NCBI GenBank assembly: GCA_937915175.1
Contig: CALDNA010000052.1
Coordinates: forward strand, 25,150-89,149
Direction of reading: 5' to 3'
From: an uncultured euryarchaeote
GTDB taxonomy: Archaea; Thermoplasmatota; Poseidoniia; Poseidoniales; Poseidoniaceae
DNA: 64,000 bases
The notes under the pieces were generated by a model. The model was not told where the DNA came from. It ran no database searches and worked only from the letters and a program-made list of their open reading frames with translations. The translations under genes were made by a program, and so were the position numbers. Below, piece by piece: positions 18,063-28,026 of the stretch (positions are counted from its first letter, which is position 1; each line of letters starts with the position of its first letter).

Positions 18063-19502
18063 GGTTTGTGCGCCACCTTCGGGTAGAGCGCTCAAATCGG
18101 TGACGTTGCCAAACAGCGTTGGGCCGTTCATGAATGTCCCCATGATGCCTGTGTCGCCACTTGGGTTGTGCGATAAGGAGAGCCAAGGACGCCCGTACGC
18201 ATCAATTTGCATGTCGATAAAGTCTCCAAAGCCACCGCATCGCTCGTAGCCACAGGTTGGACTTGCGTTGTCGAGAGGGTCATTTGGGGCGTTGACTTGA
18301 ACGGTTGTGATCAATGGTGTTTCATTGAAAGCATCCGTGATGACTGAGATATAACCGTGCCAAACACCATCGCCTTCAGTTCCAATATAGCCAAACGCAA
18401 CTCGACCAGGATCGCCTGCAATGACGACAGGGAAGCCTGTGCCTTCGAGGTGACTCGGTCCAACCATAATGGCTTCAGACCAGGTGTTTGCGTCGTCGGT
18501 AGAATAGGAAAAGTAGGGCATGTTATCATACCCCATCCACATTGCATAGACGTTACTTTCAGTATCTGTATCCACTTGAGCCTCTTCTGCATTCCAAGTG
18601 TCAGCAGTTCCAGATTCTTCGGTTGGCAGAACATGTTCGCTCCAGGTAATGGCTCCATCCTCTGTTTTGTACATTGAGTATCCTGTACCATCGCATCCGA
18701 TTTGACCTCGGTAGAAGTTCCCGTTGTCGGCACCAATTAAGTGTGCAGATAAGCCACCACTTTGGCAGTCCACAGGGGCGCCCGGTAACTCAGGTCCCCA
18801 CGTGAGACCACCATCTTGGCTTGCAGAGCACAGCGGTGAAGGGTAGTTCCCATTGATGCAAAACACCCAGAGGGTCTCGTGAAATATGCCGCCGTAAGGC
18901 GAAGATGCGATCGTTTGGTGATCTTGTACGGAATATCCAGATGCGACAGATGGTCCAACCCATGAATCGCCTTCATCGTCGCTCCATTCGACAGTCATGC
19001 CGCCTAGTGCATGCATGTCGAACTTCATGATTCGATCAGTCCACGGGTCGACATAGACGTAAGGATCATTTGAATTAGCAACAGGAAGGAAAGGACCGTA
19101 GACGTTTTGACAACTAAAGTCGCTCAAACTTGTCATTTCAATCATATTGCTGCATTGGACGATGGCAGTTGAGCCAGCAGGTCCATTTCCGTAACTTGTG
19201 AAGTAGATGTTGTCGGTTGACGTGATTCCCATGGTCGGTTCAAAAGTCGAGTACCCCGTGGCGTAGTAGGTACCTTTGCTCAAGAATGGGATGTTGGTCC
19301 CACCAAGGGCGCTTGTGTTGTTCATTGCATTGATGCCTCCTGGATAGTGGTACCACGTGTTGTTTCCAAGTTCGCCTTCAAAGGCAAACAAGCCGCTCGT
19401 CTCTTCGCCACCCCCCATCATCTCTTCAGTTCCAAAGCAGCCTGCAAGAGGCATGATGGTTATCAGGGCGGTCATCAGGAATGCGATTTGTTTGTTTTTC
19501 AT
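18054..19502 (-). CDS. Secreted BNR/Asp-box repeat (sialidase-like beta-propeller) lipoprotein
   Basis: Signal/lipobox MKNKQIAFLMTALITIMPLAGC. Four Asp-boxes: SDDEGDSW, SQDGGLTW, TEDGAITW, STDDANTW. Confidence 0.8.
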   Translation of the reverse strand: MKNKQIAFLMTALITIMPLAGCFGTEEMMGGGEETSGLFAFEGELGNNTWYHYPGGINAMNNTSALGGTNIPFLSKGTYYATGYSTFEPTMGITSTDNIYFTSYGNGPAGSTAIVQCSNMIEMTSLSDFSCQNVYGPFLPVANSNDPYVYVDPWTDRIMKFDMHALGGMTVEWSDDEGDSWVGPSVASGYSVQDHQTIASSPYGGIFHETLWVFCINGNYPSPLCSASQDGGLTWGPELPGAPVDCQSGGLSAHLIGADNGNFYRGQIGCDGTGYSMYKTEDGAITWSEHVLPTEESGTADTWNAEEAQVDTDTESNVYAMWMGYDNMPYFSYSTDDANTWSEAIMVGPSHLEGTGFPVVIAGDPGRVAFGYIGTEGDGVWHGYISVITDAFNETPLITTVQVNAPNDPLDNASPTCGYERCGGFGDFIDMQIDAYGRPWLSLSHNPSGDTGIMGTFMNGPTLFGNVTDLSALPEGGAQTLA

Positions 19503-20515
19503 GCTTCATCACCTTGTTGGAATAGATCCGCACCAAGCAGCGGTAGGAGGACACTCGCATCTCCTTCAACGCATACATTGGGGGCTTCAGGGCGCATTTT
19601 GCCCCATGAAATCGCTTCGCGCAGCCGAGCACCAGACAGGCTTCCATCGTGTTCGGGGGCGGTTGTGATGTACACCGCAGCGTCTAAGCCACCGCGGTAT
19701 TGGTTCCACCAAATGACATGGTGCTTGGAGATACCTCCGCCCACCATCAAGGCGTTTGAAACTTCAACATCCCAGGTCATGTCGCTCATGACTTGCTCGT
19801 CGGCAAGGGTGTCAATGTGAAAGTCACGATGCTTTTGGCGGAGCATAAACAGTTGCGCCCCAATCGACCCGTCAGTGATGCCGGGTATGACCACCGGGAT
19901 CTTGTGCTTGTAAGCCCAATAAATCAGCGAGTCAGGCGTTCCAATGCGCTTGCCAAGTTCCCAAACAAGGTGAATGGAACCGAATCCAAGCCAAGCATCA
20001 GCACCGGTTTTCCCCGTTTCTTTAAGCCGGTCTTGGTACATTTCTTCAAGCACCGGAGTCAACACTTCCTCGATGATTTCACCGTACGATGAGTTGGGCA
20101 CGATGACGTTGCCAAGTCGCATGAGCGAATGTTCTCCAAGTTCGACGTCATCGAGTTCAAACGACCCGTGGTAGTAATCTCGATGCGATCGAGCCACATC
20201 GTGATCCAGCATCCCACAAGTGGTTGAAACGACATTGAACATTTGTTGCTTCAGGGCCTCGACAAAGAATCCACGGGTTCCTGTGGCGCACAAGCATGCA
20301 GGGAAGGACAACCAGTTGCATACCTTCGCTGCATCCCCTTCTACGGCGTCGATTTCTTTTTTCATAGCCAACAGAATGTCCCTTGCCATCGACAGTTTCG
20401 TAGCCGTGAAACCGCCAGCACTTGCCATCTGGTTGATGAGGGAGCGGGGGGTTGTGATGCCATCAAAGGCGTAGTCCACTACGGGCACATCAAAATCATC
20501 GGGTTGAATCGCCAT
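19499..20515 (-). CDS. dys: Deoxyhypusine synthase
   Basis: Full-length resemblance to DHS (NWLSFPACLCATG..., VVIPGITDGSIG, MVGGGISKHH). Confidence 0.9.
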   Translation of the reverse strand: MAIQPDDFDVPVVDYAFDGITTPRSLINQMASAGGFTATKLSMARDILLAMKKEIDAVEGDAAKVCNWLSFPACLCATGTRGFFVEALKQQMFNVVSTTCGMLDHDVARSHRDYYHGSFELDDVELGEHSLMRLGNVIVPNSSYGEIIEEVLTPVLEEMYQDRLKETGKTGADAWLGFGSIHLVWELGKRIGTPDSLIYWAYKHKIPVVIPGITDGSIGAQLFMLRQKHRDFHIDTLADEQVMSDMTWDVEVSNALMVGGGISKHHVIWWNQYRGGLDAAVYITTAPEHDGSLSGARLREAISWGKMRPEAPNVCVEGDASVLLPLLGADLFQQGDEA

Positions 20516-20582
20516 GCCTTGTCCATTTGCTCACTCCACATGAACCTGTCCACCTGCGCAGAAGCCACACCCGTAGGGTGTG

Positions 20583-23030
20583 TCAGCGTTGTTGCTCGAG
20601 TTCGAAGATTCGATCCCTAAGGCGAGCAGCTTCCTCGAAGTCAAGGTTCTTGGCCGCCACTTGCATTGCCGATTTGAGTTCCTTGAGCAGATCATCCATT
20701 TGTGCAGGAGAGAGAGAGTGAACATCAAACTCTGTAGTTTTTCCTAATTGGGAAATCGAATTTGCAATTGAAGATTCGGAATTGGCTCCTGTGGATCCAT
20801 CCTGTCCACTTCCGGAAGCCCAAGCTCCAGCACCAAGGTTGAGGTTTTGAGCCCAATCTCCTTCCTTACGGCCACCTTTCTTCGCCACAAGCCGTCGGCT
20901 TCCATCTTTGCCACTCGATGTACCAGCGATCAAATCATCCACATCTGAATTCATCTTTGGCAACTCTTTGACGATGCTTTTGGGTGTGATGTTGTTGGCA
21001 ATGTTGTGCGCTTCTTGCCGTTCTCTCCGTTCAAGCGTTTGAGTGATTGCGGCTCGCATGGCCTGAGACATAGCATCGGCGTACAAGATCACGTGGCCGT
21101 TGAGGTTGCGCGCAGCCCGGCCAATCGTTTGCAGCAGGCTTCGTTCATTTCTCAAGAAGCCTTGACGGTCTGCATCGAAGATGGCGACGAGGCTCACTTC
21201 GGGAAGATCAAGCCCTTCCCGCAGCAGGTTAATTCCAACAATCACATCAATGTGGCCAATACGGAGGGCGTTGATGATTTCAGTGCGCTCGATGGTGTCG
21301 ATTTCCGAGTGCAAATGGTGGGCTTTGATCCCCATGCGATTTAGATAGGCGGCAACTTCCTCTGCGAACTTGATGGTCAAAACGGTCACCAAGGTTCGCT
21401 CTCCGTTAGTTATCCGTGCGTTAATTTCGCTCAACAAATCGGCCATCTGCCCGCTCGTCGGCCGGACTTCAATTTCTGGGTCGAGCAACCCGGTCGGTCG
21501 GATTTCCATTTTTGCAATACCGTCGATATGCTGGACCATGTGGTACAGCGATTCGCTGTCCGGATGCTTCTTTTCGATGGTTGGCTGGCCTGCGCCCCCT
21601 CCCGATTTGGCATGCAACAAACCATTCGGGAGCGCTTGTCCCGTGATTTCACACAAGTGCCGCAATTCTCGCTCACCCGGTGTGGCTGAGGCATAGATCA
21701 TTTGCGGGATGAGTTTTTGAAATTCGGGTATTTTCAACGGTCGATTATCGATCGCTGTTGGCAGCCTAAATCCAAAATTAATCAAACTCTCCTTACGAGA
21801 ACGGTCGCCGTAATACATACCACCCACTTGAGGCAGCGTGACGTGTGATTCATCCATGATGACGAGGAACTTTTTCGGGTCGCCGTGGAATTGTTTTGCG
21901 CATGCAGCAAAGAAATCCAGAAGGCAATGAGGGCGTTGACCTCGTTCTCGACCATCGAAGTGCAGGGAATAGTTCTCAATTGATTGACAATGCCCAATTT
22001 CTCGAATCATCTCCAAATCATATTGAGTGCGTTGCTCAATTCTGTGGCGTTCTAATTCCTTACCCAAACTGGCAAAATGAGCCACACGGTCATCGAGTTC
22101 GTCTTCGATTGAAACCAAAGCCGCCTCGAGGCGTTCCGGACTTGTCATGTAGAATTCCTTAGGATGAATCCAGGCTTCATCGAGTTCGTCCAAAACATCC
22201 CAACTCACTGGGTCGCATACTGACACCTTGGTGATCCCGTCAAAATCGAATTGAATGCGCAAAGGGTCATCTCGGCTTGGCATCCAAACATCGACGACTT
22301 CCCCACGAACGCGCACATCCCCGCGAGAGAGGTCGGTGGTGGTTCGCTTGTATTGCAAGGTAATGAGTTCCCTCAGCAAATCGCTGGTTTCAATTTCTTG
22401 GCCCACGTGGACCCTCACGTGGTATTCGAGGAATGTTTCGGGGGGGTTCAGTCCATAGATGCACGATACAGAGGAAACAATTACGCAATCCGGGCGGGTG
22501 ACAAGCGAGGCGATGGTAGCAAATCGTTCTTGCTCAATTCGCTCATTGACTGAGAGTTCCTTCTCGATGTACATGTCCCGTTTTGCCAAGTAGGCTTCAG
22601 GCTGGTAGTAGTCGTAATGTGAGACGTAGTAATCAACGGCATTATCAGGGAAATAGCCTGCCATTTCATGGTAGAGTTGCCTAGCTAAGGTCTTGTTGTG
22701 GCTGATGATCAGCGTTGGAATGTTGAGTTTCTGAATGACCTGCGCCATGGCGTAAGTTTTTCCGCTGCCGGTCACGCCCAGCAAGACACATCTCTCTTGA
22801 CCATTTTCCAATTGAGTAATCAATTTTTCAATTGCTTTAGGCTGGTCACCAGAAGGTTCGAATTTCGAATGAAGCACTAAACGCTTTACTTCGGGATTGA
22901 GGTGTTCAAGAGCGGCTCCTTCGAGGGCTCGTGAAATGTCAAAGGGATCGCGTTCCTCGAGATCAGAGCTCCCAACCTCAAGATTGGCGAGGTCTTCAAA
23001 CGCCCCTTCATTATCCCATTCCTTGACCAT
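20583..23030 (-). CDS. uvrB: Excinuclease ABC subunit B
   Basis: LLGVTGSGKTYAMAQVI, helicase motifs (DESHVT, ATPG), C-terminal UVR domain DFEEAARLRDRIFELE. Has an N-terminal extension and a G/S-rich linker. Confidence 0.95.
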   Translation of the reverse strand: MVKEWDNEGAFEDLANLEVGSSDLEERDPFDISRALEGAALEHLNPEVKRLVLHSKFEPSGDQPKAIEKLITQLENGQERCVLLGVTGSGKTYAMAQVIQKLNIPTLIISHNKTLARQLYHEMAGYFPDNAVDYYVSHYDYYQPEAYLAKRDMYIEKELSVNERIEQERFATIASLVTRPDCVIVSSVSCIYGLNPPETFLEYHVRVHVGQEIETSDLLRELITLQYKRTTTDLSRGDVRVRGEVVDVWMPSRDDPLRIQFDFDGITKVSVCDPVSWDVLDELDEAWIHPKEFYMTSPERLEAALVSIEDELDDRVAHFASLGKELERHRIEQRTQYDLEMIREIGHCQSIENYSLHFDGRERGQRPHCLLDFFAACAKQFHGDPKKFLVIMDESHVTLPQVGGMYYGDRSRKESLINFGFRLPTAIDNRPLKIPEFQKLIPQMIYASATPGERELRHLCEITGQALPNGLLHAKSGGGAGQPTIEKKHPDSESLYHMVQHIDGIAKMEIRPTGLLDPEIEVRPTSGQMADLLSEINARITNGERTLVTVLTIKFAEEVAAYLNRMGIKAHHLHSEIDTIERTEIINALRIGHIDVIVGINLLREGLDLPEVSLVAIFDADRQGFLRNERSLLQTIGRAARNLNGHVILYADAMSQAMRAAITQTLERRERQEAHNIANNITPKSIVKELPKMNSDVDDLIAGTSSGKDGSRRLVAKKGGRKEGDWAQNLNLGAGAWASGSGQDGSTGANSESSIANSISQLGKTTEFDVHSLSPAQMDDLLKELKSAMQVAAKNLDFEEAARLRDRIFELEQQR

Positions 23031-23089
23031 GCGCCTCGCCTCCAGTGCTGGCTGCTCCGCAGGACCCTATACAAGGCTGTTGAACGAAC

Positions 23090-23821
23090 TTAGGGGAGGT
23101 AGAGCCCGCCGTTGACGTGAATCACGGCACCGGTGATGTAGGCTGAGTCGGGCCCGACAAGAAAGGCAATGGTTCCAGCCATGTCCTCAGGGCTTCCAAC
23201 CCGCTTGAGGGGGACTTCCTGTTCCCGTTGACTTCGCTTCTCTTTTGTATCCCCGGCTAAAATATCAGTGTCGACGAACCCTGGTGCGAGCACATTGACT
23301 CTCTTTCCTTCAGGGCCAACCGCCTGCGCCAACGAGCGAGCCCAGGTGGACAAAGCCGCTTTTGATGCAGCATAGTCCGCTCCATGAGGTGAACCGCGGG
23401 TACCAAGTTGAGAGCCAACGACAACCATTCTCGCCTCGGGAGTAAAATGAGGCTGAACCGCTTTCCAAACGGCCACAGCGCCTTCGAAATTTACCGACAT
23501 CGTTCGTCGCAAATCCGCAATTGACATTTCACCCGCAGCAATTCTGTCGTATGCTCCGTGATTCAAAACCAACACATCAATGCCACGCGCCATCCACGGG
23601 TGGATCCCCAACAAACCAACTTCGCCATCATCGGCGCAGTCGACCTTGACCGCAAGCGCATCGTCGCCACGTTCCCGAATTTCGTCAACCACCATTTCTG
23701 CCGGTTTGGAGGAGGTGTTGTAGGTGAGGAGGACATCATAACCATCTGCAGCAAGACGTTTTGCTGTAGCGGCGCCGACACCGCGCCCCCCGCCAGTGAT
23801 GAGGGCAACAGGTCTGGACAT
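23090..23821 (-). CDS. Short-chain dehydrogenase/reductase (FabG-like)
   Basis: ALITGGGRGVGAATAKRLA, catalytic YAASKAAL, ITGAVIHVNGG. The start could instead be 23860. Confidence 0.85.
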   Translation of the reverse strand: MSRPVALITGGGRGVGAATAKRLAADGYDVLLTYNTSSKPAEMVVDEIRERGDDALAVKVDCADDGEVGLLGIHPWMARGIDVLVLNHGAYDRIAAGEMSIADLRRTMSVNFEGAVAVWKAVQPHFTPEARMVVVGSQLGTRGSPHGADYAASKAALSTWARSLAQAVGPEGKRVNVLAPGFVDTDILAGDTKEKRSQREQEVPLKRVGSPEDMAGTIAFLVGPDSAYITGAVIHVNGGLYLP

Positions 23822-23948
23822 ACCCTTGCGTCGGGGTTGCTGGTGATAATCACGACCCATGTACGGACCGATTCAATTTCTCCAAAATCGATAACGAAGG
23901 ACTACTACCGGGTCAAAGATGATATACAGGTCGCTAGAAATGGGAAAT

Positions 23949-26900
23949 ATGAAGGTACAAACAATTTTGATAACGCTAATTTTGCTTCTCTCCGGTTGCC
24001 TCGGTGTTGCGGATGAAACATTGAATGAAATCGATCAAAACGACAAGTTCCCAGATGATGATGCGGCTTTCCTCGACACTGACGATGACGGAATGCCGGA
24101 TATCTTGATTGGCGAGTCAACCTCCACACCCCCATTGGTCGAAGACACCGATGATGACAACGATGGTTTCCTCGACGTCATGGAAAATTCCTGTGGAACA
24201 GATCCAATGAACGCAACTTCAATGCCTGAAGATTTAGATGGTGATTTTGAATGCGACGAATACGACTTCGATGTGGATGGCGACACGGTGTTTAACGACG
24301 CAGACGCCTTCCCACGAGACGCATCGGCCACAACCGACACCGACGGTGACGGCATGCCAGACACAGTCATCGGTGAATCCTCCCTTACGGAAGACTTGGA
24401 CGACGACAACGACGGCTGGTCCGATGTTGACGAAACTGCATGCGGTAGCAACTCTCTTGTGGCAACCCTCATGCCAGTCGATGAAAACGGCGATGGAATC
24501 TGCGACGCAGTTTCGACTGACGACGATGCCGATACCTACTCCGATGATGAAGAAACACAATGTGGTTCAGACCCACTCGACGCATCAAGCATTCCTGCAG
24601 ACCTCGACAACGACACAATCTGTGACGCTCTCGATGATGATATGGACGGCGACGGAACACCAAACGCTCAGGACATGTACCCACGCGACCCGAGCAAGCA
24701 CGAAGATGTTCAAGGCTGCATAAACACCGCAGCTCTCAACTTCAACGCTGATGCAAACCTCGATGACGGAACATGCGTGGATGCAGAGGATGTCTATGGA
24801 ATGATGATGAACTTCATCGAAAACGAGACATGGCATTCCTCTTTTTCATCTGCAGAGGACATAGATGGGGATGGTGTTATCGATTTATACACGACCATGC
24901 TCGCGATTTCGGCTCCAGCCCAAGATAGTTGGATTATGAATCAAGTGTTAACCAGTGCTGAGGGCATGGAAGTCTACAACATCACCTACTTTTATTCCAA
25001 CGGCACAATCCAATTGAGTCAATATGCCGCCAGCGAAGACGGAGAGACGGATATGGACGATCAGGTTCTCATTCACCACCAATACGCGGAAAACCCAATG
25101 ATGAATTCACCAGAGTGGATGCACTGCGAGGAACTTTCTGACAACACTTGGGTCTGTTCTGACTCGGAGTACTTCACCGAAGGGAACCCCGACAGCGCCA
25201 CTGAAACCCTCCACGCTTACACCTGCGCTGATGGCACAACCATCATGAGCAGCGAAGTCAACGATGGAACTGAAGATTGCGCTGATGGTTCCGATGAACC
25301 TCAGTTCTCAGAGACGTACTCATACACATGCTTGAGCGGTGAAACAATCGGCCTCATGCATGTCAACGATGGTGGGGAAGACTGTGCGGATGGCTCTGAT
25401 GAGGCCAAGATGTTCCAGTGTGCTGATGGCTCTTATACGTACTTCATGAGTGTAAACGATGGTGGTGCAGACTGCGACGATGAATCGGATGAACCAATGT
25501 ACAATGTCACAGAGTTCTCGACATTTGACTGCATGGATGGCAGTCAAATCTACCTCTCACAAGTCAACGACGGCATCGAAGATTGCATGGATGCAGATGA
25601 TGAGCCAGTGTATGGCGAGATGACCGAAACCACTGAGTTTGAGTGTAATGATGGAGACTATATCTACCTCTCCCAAGTCAACGATGGTGCAGCAGATTGC
25701 GCCGAAGGGGAAGATGAACCCTCTTTCGATGAAGATGGAGAGGAAACCTCAGAATTCACTTGCCCTGACTCAGGACAAGTGTATCCACTCTCATACGTCA
25801 ATGATGGCTATGATGACTGCTACTACGGCGGGGACGAACCAGTGATGGAACAAGAAGAAATTTCGGTGTTTGACTGCGCTGATGGTGAACTTACGATTGA
25901 ACTCTCGGAAGTGAACGACGAAAACCCGGATTGTGATGATGGATCAGACGAACCAGTCTATGACATGACAGAAACCTCAATGTTTGATTGTGACGATGGT
26001 TCCCAAATCTACTTCTCTCTAGCCAATGATGGCGAAGAAGACTGTGCAAATGGTGAAGACGAACCATATGAAGAATATGTCGAATACTCCAGCTTCGATT
26101 GCGCAGATGGAGAAACCATTGAACTGTCCTTGGTCAACGATGGCACAGAAGACTGCCGAGACGGCGACGATGAACCATCGTACGACCCAATCACTCAGCA
26201 AGAACTCACATCATACCAATGCCCTTACTCCGGTGAATCAATCGCTCTTTCGCTTGTAAACGACGGAAGTTATGATTGTGAGGATTACGAAGACGAGCCC
26301 TATGGTGCTGTCGAGGAAACCTTATTCTTTACCTGCGAAGATGGCGATGAAATCCCCATGAGTTTGCTCAACGATGACTACAACGATTGTCAGGGCGGTG
26401 AAGACGAAGCACAGTATGACATGGGAGAAGAAATCAGTATTTTCACGTGCGACGACGGAACTGAAGTGGCATTCTCATTGGTCAACAACGGCGACAACGA
26501 TTGCGCTAACGGTGAAGATGAAGATTACACATACGAATGCGCAGATGGGAGCAATACCATACCGCTGGTCTTCGTCAATTCTGGTTCCTATTTCTGCCAG
26601 GACGGTTCTTCTGAAAGCGACGCCCAGGAATCAACTGAATTCACATGCTTTGATGGAGAAACAATTCCGCTCAGCTACTACCTTGATGGAGGAGAAGACT
26701 GTTCCGATGCCTCTGATGAAATTTACTTTGAAGGCGACTGGACTGATTGTGTTTGGGATGCTGATGCTGGCTTCTGGGTCTGTGTTCAATCAATGCCACA
26801 AGGTCTCTGGTCGGGTGAGGTGCAAGATGATGGAAGCATGATTGTTACGATCATGGATGAAGAGACGATCTTGACAATCAACATTAATCCTGACATGTCT

Positions 26901-27932
26901 ATCGCCTCGGTCCAATCCGGGGATGGTGAAGATGACGCTCTGTACACAGCCGGAACCGGCGGCCATGACCTTGCAATGGACATGACCCTCGAAGAAGCCG
27001 CACCACCATTCGCTGTTGGCTTTGACGGCGAATCAATTCAAGAGGCTACTTTTGAATGCAACGATGGCACAATCATCGACTTTGCTCTTCTCAACGACGG
27101 TGCTTATGATTGCGCTGGTGAAGAAGATGAGCCAGATTACGAGGAAGTAGAAATGAGTTACTGGATGTGCGCCGACGAAATGGAAGATATTCATCTTTCG
27201 ATGGTTTCGGACGGAAATGCAGACTGTGACGATGGATCTGATGAAGTCCTCACCTCGACCTTCGATTGCTATGATGGAACCTCAATCACCCTCGACATGG
27301 TGAGCGATGACAACATGGATTGTGCAGACGGTGATGATGAGCCCGAGTACGAAGAAGGACAAGATACGAATGTTTTCTATTGCAATGATGGCTCTGATTC
27401 CATTCCAATGGAATGGGTGAACGATGATTACGATGATTGTGAAGATGGTTCTGACGAAGCCGAAGGCGAAGGTCACGGCTACGGCGATTACAGTGTTGAA
27501 ACACTTGGATTTGGTTCTGATGGACTCATCGAATGGAATGGTGGTTCAATTACCGATTCTACAAGCGCAGACGGCATGGACCTTGTTCTTTCGATGTGCG
27601 ACTCGTTCGAGGAAATCGGCGAAGATGTTCAAATCATGCGCGGTGTTGACTGTGGAGACGATGTTGAACGCTGGTCGTTTGCAGACATTGCAGCAGGCAA
27701 TGTTGTCGGCATTGAATTCTTTGACGACGATGGAAGCGGTACGCTCACTAATGGAGACATGTTCATGATCACTGAAGACCTTGAAACCACGGAAGACTGG
27801 AACGCAGTTCGATTGGCAAAGGGCATGGCTTACGCTGACGAGAACCCTGAAGTCGTGCTCCCTGGATTCACGGCAGCACTCGGTATCATCTCGATGCTCG
27901 GTGCAGCACTTCTTGTTCGCAAGAACGAGTGA
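23949..27932 (+). CDS. Giant acidic Ca-binding surface protein: lipobox signal, TSP3-like repeats, 18 LDL-receptor-A-like two-Cys modules, PGF-CTERM anchor
   Basis: MKVQTILITLILLLSGC signal. DTDDDGMPD/DDDNDGF..CG.DP repeats (nt ~24056-24690). Repeat core [FY]xCxDG....L..VNDGxxDCxDGSDEP. C-terminus LPGFTAALGIISMLGAALLVRKNE. Confidence 0.85.
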   Translation: MKVQTILITLILLLSGCLGVADETLNEIDQNDKFPDDDAAFLDTDDDGMPDILIGESTSTPPLVEDTDDDNDGFLDVMENSCGTDPMNATSMPEDLDGDFECDEYDFDVDGDTVFNDADAFPRDASATTDTDGDGMPDTVIGESSLTEDLDDDNDGWSDVDETACGSNSLVATLMPVDENGDGICDAVSTDDDADTYSDDEETQCGSDPLDASSIPADLDNDTICDALDDDMDGDGTPNAQDMYPRDPSKHEDVQGCINTAALNFNADANLDDGTCVDAEDVYGMMMNFIENETWHSSFSSAEDIDGDGVIDLYTTMLAISAPAQDSWIMNQVLTSAEGMEVYNITYFYSNGTIQLSQYAASEDGETDMDDQVLIHHQYAENPMMNSPEWMHCEELSDNTWVCSDSEYFTEGNPDSATETLHAYTCADGTTIMSSEVNDGTEDCADGSDEPQFSETYSYTCLSGETIGLMHVNDGGEDCADGSDEAKMFQCADGSYTYFMSVNDGGADCDDESDEPMYNVTEFSTFDCMDGSQIYLSQVNDGIEDCMDADDEPVYGEMTETTEFECNDGDYIYLSQVNDGAADCAEGEDEPSFDEDGEETSEFTCPDSGQVYPLSYVNDGYDDCYYGGDEPVMEQEEISVFDCADGELTIELSEVNDENPDCDDGSDEPVYDMTETSMFDCDDGSQIYFSLANDGEEDCANGEDEPYEEYVEYSSFDCADGETIELSLVNDGTEDCRDGDDEPSYDPITQQELTSYQCPYSGESIALSLVNDGSYDCEDYEDEPYGAVEETLFFTCEDGDEIPMSLLNDDYNDCQGGEDEAQYDMGEEISIFTCDDGTEVAFSLVNNGDNDCANGEDEDYTYECADGSNTIPLVFVNSGSYFCQDGSSESDAQESTEFTCFDGETIPLSYYLDGGEDCSDASDEIYFEGDWTDCVWDADAGFWVCVQSMPQGLWSGEVQDDGSMIVTIMDEETILTININPDMSIASVQSGDGEDDALYTAGTGGHDLAMDMTLEEAAPPFAVGFDGESIQEATFECNDGTIIDFALLNDGAYDCAGEEDEPDYEEVEMSYWMCADEMEDIHLSMVSDGNADCDDGSDEVLTSTFDCYDGTSITLDMVSDDNMDCADGDDEPEYEEGQDTNVFYCNDGSDSIPMEWVNDDYDDCEDGSDEAEGEGHGYGDYSVETLGFGSDGLIEWNGGSITDSTSADGMDLVLSMCDSFEEIGEDVQIMRGVDCGDDVERWSFADIAAGNVVGIEFFDDDGSGTLTNGDMFMITEDLETTEDWNAVRLAKGMAYADENPEVVLPGFTAALGIISMLGAALLVRKNE
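25217..27460 (+). repeat. Coding tandem array: 14 + 4 copies of a ~28-aa two-cysteine LDLa-like module (period ~33-38 aa)
   Basis: Counted directly from the translation. Copies 1-14 span ~25217-26730 and copies 15-18 span ~27051-27460. Confidence 0.85.
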
Positions 27933-28026
27933 ACCCGTTTTATCGTGAACACATTGAGGCGCGTTGGCCTTGTGAAAGCAGGGCCCACGTGCTTCGGTTA
28001 CAACGAGCACTGCGGCGAGGCTGAGT

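Noticed and set aside
22803-22840. Paired CAATTG motifs (TTCCAATTGAG...TTCAATTGCTT) similar to the intergenic motif; CCAATTGGAAAT also occurs at 102-113
   Set aside because: Both lie in well-supported coding sequence (uvrB KAIEKLITQLEN; ATPase DQLEI). The motif arises from Gln-Leu-Glu / Ala-Ile-Glu codons and gives no evidence of regulatory function.
24035-27826. Overlapping ORFs and ~100-nt periodicity inside the giant repeat gene, checked as a possible CRISPR array or non-coding tandem repeat
   Set aside because: The periodicity is at the protein level (diverged codons, conserved D/C/G positions). There are no identical DNA repeats with unique spacers. The single 1337-aa frame explains the whole region.
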